This document shows positions 12,899 to 23,095 of a stretch of 64,000 bases of DNA, piece by piece. The stretch lies in NCBI GenBank assembly GCA_035221665.1, contig CM069164.1:24924001-24988000 (forward strand), read 5' to 3'. The DNA comes from Okamejei kenojei. Taxonomy: Eukaryota. Position 1 is the first letter of the stretch. Each line of letters opens with the position of its first letter. The notes under the pieces were generated by a model, which was not told where the DNA came from, did no database searches, and saw only the letters and a program-made list of their open reading frames with translations. The position numbers were made by a program, and so were the translations under genes.

Positions 12899-13586
12899 AT
12901 ATCCTTTCATTGTATCGAGTCAGAATGTCTTTCTAACAAAATATTGCCTTTAACTCAAATCAGGTGGAAAGTTCAATTTTATGCACCAGTAATATTGGGC
13001 CAAGTTGGGCACAATCTGATGATCAAAGATGTTTTTTTTTTTTTTAAAAGCAATTCAAAAGGATTTATCCTTTTATAATTACTAAAAACAAATTTACATA
13101 TTCCTCAGGTAGATACCCAGAGTAGGTAAATTGAGGACCAGAGGACATAGGTTTAAGGTGAGGGGAAAAGATTTAATAGGAATCTGAGGGGCAACTTTTT
13201 CACATAAAGGGTGGTGGGCGTAGCAACGTTTAAGAATCAGTTAGACAGGTACATAGGATTGGTTTGGAGGGATACGAGCTAAACACAGGCAGGTAGGTAG
13301 GACTAGTGTAGCGGGGACATGTTGGCCAGTATAGGCAAATTGGGCCGAAGGGCCTGTTTCCACCTGTCTCAGTCTATGACTATATGCTATTCAGTGATAA
13401 AAGTAAATTAAATCATTTAAGATTAAGTAAAATGAAACACACCTGCTATTACATATTTATATTTTTGATCAGGTAAGCAACCAAATTCAAAACTATGGGT
13501 TTGCAGAACCATGGGTGGTATACAGCTGAGGTAATGAATCTGGCTCTCACTTCAGTTTGTTTGGGATCTGACCTCAGTCTCAAAGG

Positions 13587-14938
13587 TTTTAGTTTTAAAG
13601 ATACAGCGTGGAAACATGCCGATCATTGATCACCCACATAGTTGTTCTAAGTTATCCCGGTGTTATCCCAAGCAAAGAGTAGGAGTGAACGGGTCCTTTT
13701 CAGAATGGCAGGCAGTGGCGAGTGGAGTGCCGCAAGGCTCGGTGTTGGGGCCGCAACTGTTTACCATATATATTAATGATTTGGAAGAGGGAATTAGGAG
13801 CAACACTAGCGAGTTTGCGGATGACACAAAGCTGGGTGGCAGTGTGAACTGTGAAGTGGATGTTAGGAGGTTGCAGGGGGACCTGGACAGGTTGAGTGAG
13901 TGGGCTGATGTGTGGCAGATGAAGTATAATATAGATAAATGTGAGGTTAACCACTTTGGCTGCAAAAACAAGGGGGCAGATTATTATCTCAATGGGGTTA
14001 GGTTAGGTAAGGGGGAGGTACAGCGAGACCTGGGTGTCCTTGTACACCGGTCACTGAAAGTTGGCGTGCAGGTACAGCAGGCAGTGAAGAAAGCTAATGG
14101 AATGTTGGCCTTCATAACAAGAGGATTTAAGTACAGGAGTAAAGAGGTTATTCTGCAGTTGTAGAGGGCTCTGGTGAGACTACATCTGGAGTATTGTGTA
14201 CAGTTTTGGTCTCCTAATTTGAGGAAGGACATCCTTGTGATTGAGGCAGTGCAGCGTAGGTTCACGAGATTGATCCCTGGGATGGCGGGACTGTCATATG
14301 AGGAAAGATTGAAAAGACTAGGCTTGTATTCACTGGATTTTAGAAGGATGAAGGGGATCTTATAGAAACATATAAAATTATAAAAGGACTGGACAAGCTA
14401 GATGCAGGAAACATGTTCCCAATGTTGGGTGAGTCCAGAACCAGGGGCCACAGTCTTAGAATAAAGAGGAGGTCATTTAAGATTGAGGTGAGAAAAAACT
14501 TTTTTACCCAGAGAGTTGTGAATTTATTGAATTCCCTGCCACAGAGGGCAGTGGAGGCCAAATCACTGGATGGATTTAAGAGAGAGTTAGATAGAGCTCT
14601 AGGGGCTAGTGGAATCAGGGGAGAAGGCAGGCACGGGTTATTGATAGCGGACGATCAGCCATGATCACAATGAATGGCGGTGCTGGCTCGAAGGGCCGAA
14701 TGACCTCCTCCTGCACCTATTTTCTATGTTGCCTCCTACACATGAGGAGGAATTTTACAGAAACCAATTAATGTACAAAACTGCACGTCTTTGAAATGTG
14801 GGAGGAAACTGGAGCACCCGGAGAAAACCCATGCAGTCACAGGGAGAATATGCAAACTCCATACAGACAGCACCCGTAGTCAGGATTGAACCCGGGTCTC
14901 TGGCACTGTAAGGCAGCAACTCTACCACTGCGCCACCC
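13587..14938 (-). mobile_element. V-SINE split in two (13587-13658 and 14733-14938) by the CR1 insertion
   Basis: The SINE tail lies left of the CR1 and the SINE body and head lie right of it, in the same orientation. Confidence 0.8.
13671..14730 (+). mobile_element. CR1-clade LINE, 5'-truncated RT/3' end, inactivated
   Basis: SGVPQGSVLGP, FADDTKL and [11 protein letters not shown] motifs. Premature TAG at 14162-14164 and a frameshift near 14345. Ends with the gggccgaatg.cctcctcctgcacct tail. Confidence 0.95.
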
Positions 14939-16804
14939 AGGTCAAGCAGTAAATAAAGAGGGAGATTAAAAGCATTGGTGTCAGGCCTCCAGCTGCTCTC
15001 TTGATTTCTATGCTGCACAGTTCAAGCAAGGAAGTCGGAGATGAGCTGTTCTACGAAGAGAGCCTGACCAGCAGGACTCCACAGAGCTTCAGTAGTTCTA
15101 AACATATACAGAATTACCTGGACAATATCTATTTATGGGTGTTCTATCCTTATAGTTTTAGATGGAACACATTTGAAATATAACCTATACAAAATAATTT
15201 AAAAGGCAGGATTCTAAAAAGTATAAACAAAAAACGTAACTAATATAAATTGAATTATTTGAGGGATATAATGGGTGACTATTGTGAGTTTTCATAAGTT
15301 TTGTTTCCATATTGACATCTCCATTCAACTATAAGATTAATAAGTGACTAAAGATAATACAGCTCATAAAAATAATTAGGACATAAATTAATTTGTTAAA
15401 TTAGCTTCTTTGACATACACATCAGACTTAAAATAGGAAACGCAGAATCACAAATTGCAGATAAACTTTAGATTCCAACAATCGTGTCCTTTTAAAAAAA
15501 AAAAAATGCCAATGCATTTATTCTAGTAATGCTTAATCTGTGAACTTTCGGTAACGTGGACTTTGTTCTGTACATGAATTACATTTATTTAAAAATAGTA
15601 GTTGAAAATATCATGGCTGAATTTGGAGATTTTCATAATTTTCTGAAACCATCATTATGTTGAACCTCGCTGGAGGAAATGAGGAAAAGTACTCTGTAGC
15701 CATGTTGCCTTATACCCAACTACATCTGTGGTCCCCTGACACCACGGAGGCATCGTAGTTTACATGTTAATCTAATGTCTTTCGGAACTAAAGATCATCT
15801 TAATTAGTATTATCCTTCCGAAATGTGTAATTGCTTCCAGCAGGCAGGTTTGCCAGATAGTCAGATCAAATCAAAGTTTAGATGGTTTCCCAAGGCAGTG
15901 TCTTCATTCGAATCATCATCTTTGTTATCTTCATAGCATCACCTCTTGTTTGGCAAAATACTCCCAGCAGATAATTTACAACAGTTTACACAAAATTTAA
16001 CTGTATCAAACATATAAGCCTCATGCAGAAAGAAAATTACTGGCATGTAATCTTTCAAACTTTATCTGGTCTAAAGTCCAATGGCAAGGGTCATTTAAAT
16101 GCAATATAAACATTTATGTTGTATCCAAGAGCATGGTACTCATTTTTCTAAAACTGAAACTCAACAGTTAACTGTGTTTTACGGTCCAGTCTTATTAAAA
16201 TTGCTTCTCAAGCTTTTCAAGCTTTACAAAGCAAGTTCTGTCATCTTTATGTAAGATCGCTTAAGGAAAGGCTGATGCCTAAACTAAATAAAATACCACA
16301 GAATGAGATTAGATATGGCGTTAATTGTACATTTAGTGGATTGTTTGGAAGTAATCTTCAAATTCATCAAAAAATTAAAAGATGGCAATCTGGTGCAGTG
16401 ACTTGTCATTCAAGTTTATAAATCAGATTGTTTATGTTCCTTCCGACAGCAATCTTTTTTTTACATGCAAAGGTTGGTGCTTATTTACTTTGGCACAACT
16501 GACTTGTTGGTTGAGATTTTTGAGATGGGAATCCTTGGGCAAGATAAATTTCTGTTGTTGAAGTGGGGTGCTGCTGTGTTAATGTTCAAAGGAATGTAGG
16601 AAAAGGGGGACACCAGTTGGTCTTTTAGACCAGCTCCCCAGATGTGTACTGCATGTTGGCACTTGCTTGGCTGTTAAGAACAGCTATGTCTTTAACATCT
16701 GGATGCTTGTTTGGTAGTTCCTTGGTTCAAAACAGAGAATGTGCCATTGTCTATCTTGTTTAGCTCCACTATCTGCAGATAAATACCATACACTTATTTG
16801 GAGA

Positions 16805-17015
16805 TTCAAGGAACTGCAGATGCTGGAATCTCGAGTAAACCACATAGTACTGTAGTACCTCAGCAGGTCAGGCAGCATCTCTGGAAGATGTTAATGGGTG
16901 TAGTTTTGGGCCGAGACCTTTCCTCAGACTAAAGATGGGTCTTGACCGAATCTCTGCCCAGCATGTCTTCCAGAGATGCTGCCTGACTCGTTGAATTACG
17001 ACAGCACTTTGTTTT
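16805..17015. mobile_element. Penelope-derived short element, inverted pair
   Basis: aaggaactgcagatgctgg...cagact, then the inverted gggtcttgacc...gatgctgcctgac. Confidence 0.7.
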
Positions 17016-18618
17016 GCCATAAACCTCTTGATATTGTAGGACTTGATACAGTATTTGTAAAATTTGATGTGTCTTCTTGCCTAGTGAGGGCAATGCTAAC
17101 TGCAAAGACAACAAAAGAAACTGAACGCCTCCAAATCGGGTCTTGCATTGACAAGTAACAACCTTGACAGTATTAATTGCTTTCTTCAATTGCTTTCTAG
17201 CTGATGGTGCTGAAGTGGAGCTAACTACTTGGCCACATTTCAGACATGATTACTTGGGTGTAATTTTACAAAATGGAACCCAAGCTTGAGCGCATTTTCT
17301 ATTTACCTACCAAGGTATACCCAACATGGAAATGAGGAGATCCAAGGCCACCTTCACACGTATCAAGTGGTCTCATTGTTTTCTTCTTCACTTTACCATA
17401 AGCTAATGCACTATTGAAATAGGATCTCTCCGAATCCTAGACCCTTGTATTCAATGTTGACGCAGGAAATTCAGTGAGAGCCAAATATAAAATCAGCTAC
17501 GTATCTTATTATAGTGCGCCAAGATCTGGTACTACATTGAAGAAAATGCTTAACATTCATTGTTATTTGGACCAGTCAGGAATATTTAGACTATTTAATA
17601 CCAGGTAGTTATGAATGAGATATTTAACTAGGTGATAGGTGATAGTTTCAATGTGCCTGTTCTTTCTCATAAGGTATTGAATTAAAACCAAAATAAGATA
17701 TTTGGAATTTAGATTTCTTCATTAATCTAAAAAGAATCTAACATCCATGTTTTATCTGGATAATACAACTTCAGAAAGAGGACTATTAACAAAATGTGTT
17801 TTAATGGTTATTAAATGGAAAAATATATTTACTTGTTGAAAAATATTGTGAAAAACCAATTTCCTAAAAAGCATTTCACTTTAAGACCATTATTGGAACA
17901 GAATGGCTCAGTGTTCAATGGAAATTTGTGGGGAAAAAACATGATGAGCTTCCAGCAGAAGTGGTGGAGGCAGGATCGATTTTAACATTTAAGAGTAAAG
18001 TGGATAGGTATATGGACGTGAAGGGAATGGAGGGGTATGGTCTGAGTGCAGGTAGATGGGACTAGGGGAAAACAAATGGACGGCACGGACTGGAAGGGCC
18101 GAGAGGGCCTGTTTCCGTGCTGCAATTGTTATATGGTTATATGGTTATTTAATAGTAATGGTGTTGCTGTACCAATCTGTCTTGTATTTAAAGATTATTC
18201 TTTGTTTCACCTTTCCATCAACCTGAACCATTAATCTATAATTTGTTGGTGGGCTGTCATGGTGGTATGAACTTGTGGAAAGTAATGTACAGCTTAAACT
18301 TGGCCTGCAGCACGAGTCTAATTTAGTTCAAGATTTAAGTTTTTAATTAATTTGGCAGTGATTAAGCTTCCAGTGCTAAGCCTTGACCTTTAACGATGCT
18401 GCGTTCATTATCTCAAGAGATTTCAAAATTATGTTGACTAGCATTTGGACTCAATTTGAAAACATTTGCCCATGTTATTTTTGGCACTGTTTGTTACCTT
18501 GTCCTCTGTCTTTAAGCATGAAACTTTAAGATTAATGAGAGATTAATAATGAATCAATTACTGTCGTAGGACACTAAATAGTCCTCAAATCTTTTAACTT
18601 TAACTTAAGTCAATGCAC

Positions 18619-18696
18619 AGCGCTCCATCCAACCTACCTCGAAGTTATCAAAGAAGCCGAGACTTTCAGCAAAATTCTGCTACAGAAAAACATTGA
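18619..18696 (+). CDS. FAM227B: FAM227B-like coding exon (78 nt, phase 2/2): ALHPTYLEVIKEAETFSKILLQKNI(D)
   Basis: PTY.(D/E)VIKEA motif recalled from FAM227B. Preceded by an AC acceptor and followed by a GTAAGT donor at 18697. Confidence 0.88.
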   Translation, partial: SAPSNLPRSYQRSRDFQQNSATEKH

Positions 18697-19048
18697 GTAA
18701 GTTAACAAATGATCACTTATTTTGATTTAAGGCTGCATTAGACATAGAATAAAACAGCATGGAAATAGGCCCTTCTGCACAACTTGTCCATGCCAACCAA
18801 GTCTAAACTAGTCTCATTTGCCGATGTTTGGCCCATATCTCTCTAAATGTTTTTTATTCATGTACCTGTCCAAATGTCTTTTAAATGCTGTTATGGTGTC
18901 TGCCTCAGCTACCTCCTCTGGCACCTCTTTCCATTTACCTACCACCCTTTTATGGGAAATCTCGTGATCCATATTTTAAAGAATATTTTCTACATTATTT
19001 TTGTTAACAGTGGGCTCTCTCTTTACAGCCTTTTCTTCTTCCTTATAG

Positions 19049-19123
19049 TGTACATGAGCAAACCAAAAAGGAAGTCGCAAAAATAAAGTGGGACCAGATG
19101 CAGTTTAACAAAAGAATTGACAG
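19049..19123 (+). CDS. FAM227B: FAM227B-like coding exon (75 nt, phase 2/2): VHEQTKKEVAKIKWDQMQFNKRID(R)
   Basis: ttttcttcttccttatag acceptor, AG|GTTTGT donor, open in the frame set by the previous exon, coiled-coil-like composition. Confidence 0.75.
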
Positions 19124-21429
19124 GTTTGTACCACTACTGATAAAATGTTATTGGTCAGTGTAAGATCTTATTCAGTGCCTGAAGTAATATGTCAATAGCT
19201 GACTGTATTAACTTTAATGAAGCACATTAATAGTGAGATGATAAATGTAGCCCCTAGGTTCAGTCAATTTATTCCAACAAAAAAAAAACATATCATGCTT
19301 GATCAGGGGAGTTCTTTCTTAAAATACACAGTATTTGTAAATATACACCACTAGCAGTGAGAAAATGGGACAGCATAAAACACAAGGTAGATGCTGGAAT
19401 CTAGATCAAAACACAAAGTGCAGGCCGAACTCAGCGGGCAGGCAACATCATGGGAGGGAAATAGAAAGACAATGTTTCGGGTGGGGACTCTTCTTCAGAC
19501 TTCCTCCATCACAAAAGGGTCCCGACTCAAAATGCCGTCTGTCCATTTCTCTCCACAGCCACTGAGTTCTTCCAAAACAAATTTGAACATTAAATTGAAT
19601 AATGTTTTTAAGCAACTTGTGGAAAATAGTTAATCTAAAAACATTTAAATTATTTAAGAAGTGGGGTGGGCACTATGATCAGGTTTACTAAATCATTAGA
19701 TAATTATGCTCGCTCTTATTCTAAACTCTCTCACCATTTGGGAATTAATTTGGTTCTTAAACACTTCCCAGGATTTCACTTATGTGTGAATAATTTCCAA
19801 ATACGTATGGTAAAACTAATAATCTGGTACGCTTGGGACTTTGGGACTGGCAAATTTGAATGTTGCTTTTTTCACACGTTACAATAACTAATTTTCTAGT
19901 GAACCCAGTAAGATTAAAGGGAGTTGGAAATTTACTTGTACTCCAGATTCTTTTCCACTCAAGCCAATCCATGTTTTTGACCCAGGGTGTTTTGGACCCT
20001 ACCCCTGGCTCCAGCCACGCACATTGTACTGACCCCAGATTACAATCTGGAACAAAATTATACTATACATTTCTTTTTTTTTCAAAGAGTTGGTATTTGT
20101 ACTCTCTTGTGCTACTCGCCTAACAATAAAAGTGTGCCAATTTATTATTTTTTTCTATGGCCTGCTTTCTTTTCAGCTGACATTCACTTCTTAAGACTGA
20201 GAAAGTGGATGGAAATAATTTGATACTTTGTCTATCTGGACATTGCATTGTCTTTGATGAGGTAGTGTAGAATAGGTTACTTAGCAAGATGGTGTAATGG
20301 AGTAGGAATTTGTTACACTAGGATTCAGTTGCACCACCATGATGTTGTGGTAAATGTATAGGGTTTAGCCAAGAGGCATGGTGAGGTGTCACCCGGAGGT
20401 CAGTTGCTATTTACCCATCGTTGTGATTTGGATAATATTAACGTGAGAACTGTCCATAAGATGGGAAATAAAAGCAAATGCAAAAAACCTTGTATCCTTA
20501 CAGTATCAAAGATATATTGACAAATAATATTTAACAGATAAATGTAGTGTGACAAACAACACACATTTGTGCTCGCCAATAAAAGCTGTGGATAGATTTG
20601 GATATTATTGGGAACAGAACATTAAATATTCATCACCAATTAGAAATTGTAGCTAATGTTAGCAAGATGTTGGGTTTAATTTTAAAGAACAATGTAAAAT
20701 GAATCAAAGAACACCATTTTGTCAGGCTTTAAGTTATAAGGACTGGACTGCCCACTTTTGGTTCTTCAGTTTAATGGTTTAGTTTATTGTCACATGCTCC
20801 GAGGTACAGTGGAAAGCTTTTGTTGCGTGCTATCCAGTCAACAGAAAGACAATACATGATTACAATCGAGCCATTTACAGTCTATGGATACATGACAAGG
20901 GAATAACTTTTAATGCAAGATAAAGCCAGCAATGTCTGATCAAGGATAGACTGAGGGCCACCTCTGGATGACTATCTACCTCTTTGGTGAGCCATGAGAA
21001 TAATTCTTGGGTGAAATGTATCTTGGTTATTTAGATAACATTACAGTGCAAGTGTCAAGACTGGGAAACAGGAAAATTGTTTCACACTTAGATGAGTTGA
21101 GTTTCAGAATTTTATTCAATTGCCTCCACTCAACCGTGAAGGTTATGTGTGTTGATTGAGAAGAGATAACACCGTCCACACTTGAATAGATGTCCTAATC
21201 TAATGTGAACAAGTAAACTATCATTTTAGTACTGGCAGCAGCCTTTGGAACATTATCACAACATGTACCATCGCCTTTAGGAACGACCAAGAGAAAAATA
21301 AATAAGGGAGACTTTACCCAACAATAGATAATTTAAAAAATATTTTAAAATCTTGGTCAATTTATTATAGAGTTTGTACATCTCCTCTCAAGGAAAGAAA
21401 GTTAACCTATTTTCTCTACATTATGCAAG

Positions 21430-21496
21430 ACTGAAAAATGAGCTGAACCAAAATGGAAATTCGTTTGACTCGGCAAGTAGGATGCTCAACAAAATG
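21430..21496 (+). CDS. FAM227B: FAM227B-like coding exon (67 nt, phase 2/0): LKNELNQNGNSFDSASRMLNKM
   Basis: tttctctacattatgcaag acceptor, ATG|GTAAGT donor, phase-compatible with no stops. Confidence 0.65.
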
Positions 21497-22082
21497 GTAA
21501 GTATGCATTAAATTATTTCTAATTGTATTCATTAATTGATACTATTTGAGTTCTATTATTTACTTTGTGTAACCGAAACATTCAGCTCTATTCTGTAATC
21601 ACACAATGAAAAATACATATGTACTCATCTGATTTTAAAAAAAAGTTTATTCCTGTCGAGACATTACCTGCAAAAGCAGGTAAGAATAATGAATGTGACC
21701 CATGCACGTATCCTTTAAGTTTAACTTTTCCTGCAGGATTAGGAAGTTTATTACCAATTTTCAATTACAATATAGAAAGTAAGCATAATATATCCACAAT
21801 ATGTTTACATCTCAAAACTATTTAAAATCATAAAATGGTTTACTTCCGTGGAATGTACAGGTGTCTTCAGAAAGTTTTTTTTACAGTAGGTATGAATGCT
21901 AAATGACAAATTTTTAATTTATTTATTACAATGGCATTTTGAAATTAATAAAAATACACACACTTTTTGTAGTGTATCTTGTCCTTTTTTACTTTGCCAC
22001 TTAACTTGTTTACACAGAAGATGACAATCTACATTCAAAGCTATGGGCTTATATTGGACTTGCATTATATTCGAAGACCTGT

Positions 22083-22328
22083 GTAACCTGAGGAGTACCT
22101 TCAGCAACAGACTGCCACAGGAGATCCTTCTTTCCTGCAGCTATCAAACCGTACAACTCCTCCCCCTTCTGTTGTGGGGTAGACTGACTCCCCTTGCCCC
22201 CCCACCCCAATCTTTGCACATCCCCAATCCTGGACTTTCCACTCGTCACTTTAATTTCATGTTGTGTTTTATGACTGTTGGCAGATCAATTTTCCTCCTG
22301 GGGTAAATAAAGTTCTATCGTATCGTAT
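22083..22328 (+). mobile_element. Rex1/Babar-like LINE extreme 3' end
   Basis: RSTFSNRL...RRSFFPAAIK.YNSS remnant, then aataaagttctatcgtatcgtat tail. Confidence 0.7.
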
Positions 22329-22339
22329 ATAAAATAGCC

Positions 22340-22345
22340 TTTATT
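22340..22345 (-). terminator. Candidate GALK2 polyadenylation signal (AATAAA on minus strand)
   Basis: First canonical AATAAA I found downstream of the GALK2 stop (plus tttatt). Confidence 0.4.
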
Positions 22346-22551
22346 GTGGATATGTTCTATTGTTGGAGGTCCTGTCCATGAGATGAGTTTTAGATTTAGA
22401 TCCCTATCTTCATATCCAGTTTATATTAAATTGGTAGAGAATTTTCTATAAAATATTCTAGTCTTATCAGACAAATAAGGAGGAACAGTATGTATATGTT
22501 TAAGAACAACATTTCTTTCCTCTCTTAATTGTTGTCATTGTTTGTCATTAG

Positions 22552-22626
22552 ACCACAGCTGAAGCTAATAGCGAACAAAGGAACTCGAGTTTTCCCAAGC
22601 CGGAAGAGAGAAAGAAACGAGAATAA
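22552..22626 (+). CDS. FAM227B: Probable FAM227B terminal coding exon: TTAEANSEQRNSSFPKPEERKKRE-stop
   Basis: Pyrimidine-rich acceptor ending ...gtcattag at 22551, phase 0, TAA at 22624-22626, ATTAAA downstream at 22756-22761. No homology support. Confidence 0.5.
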   Translation, partial: TTAEANSEQRNSSFPKPEERKKRE

Positions 22627-22755
22627 TCTGTACAGATCAGAATCCTTGCATCAATTACAATTAGGGACAATTTGTTAAAGCCTCCGGTAAACCACTACAT
22701 ATTACAACTTATCATGCTACAAAAACAGCATTTTAAGGAATGGTACCAAGAAAAA

Positions 22756-22761
22756 ATTAAA
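22756..22761 (+). terminator. Candidate FAM227B polyadenylation signal (ATTAAA)
   Basis: Lies 130 nt after the putative FAM227B stop codon. Confidence 0.3.
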
Positions 22762-22887
22762 AGATAATTGCAGAAATGTTATATTGCGAACAGCCTTATT
22801 TTCTTCCAGGGATATGATTTTGAAAAATGCATCCTAATAATACAAACAAAAGGTGGAGAATCTAATTTCCTTGTTCTGGCACTTTAC

Positions 22888-23095
22888 TTAAACCTCACGA
22901 TAAACTGCAGCTCCTCCTCCAGGCTGGGTGGCAAACAGATTTTGTGTCTGCTTAGCTGCTCTTTGCCCATCAGCTTTGTAATAGATTTCTTGCACCTTTG
23001 CCAGAAAGCTGTCCAGCTTGTTGGTGGGCACCATTGACACCGTGCAGCCACCCCAGCCAGCACCAGTCAGCCGCGAGCCCACAGCACCAGACCGT
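22888..23095 (-). CDS. GALK2: GALK2 terminal coding exon: [23 protein letters not shown]...[16 protein letters not shown]-stop
   Basis: GHMP motif [14 protein letters not shown] acceptor at plus 23096-23098; TAA stop at 22888-22890. Confidence 0.97.

Larger units (their letters stand above)
12899..18618 (+). other. U12-type (minor spliceosome) AT-AC intron of FAM227B, 5720 nt
   Basis: 5' end ATATCCTTTC matches the U12 donor consensus; 3' end is ...caatgcAC. Branch-like TCTTTTAAC/ACTTTAAC at 18590-18604. Splicing restores the frame (CC|A = Pro). Confidence 0.85.

Noticed and set aside
20258-20279. TGAGGTAGT let-7-like start
   Set aside because: Only the first 9 nt match, the rest diverges, and I see no complementary hairpin arm.
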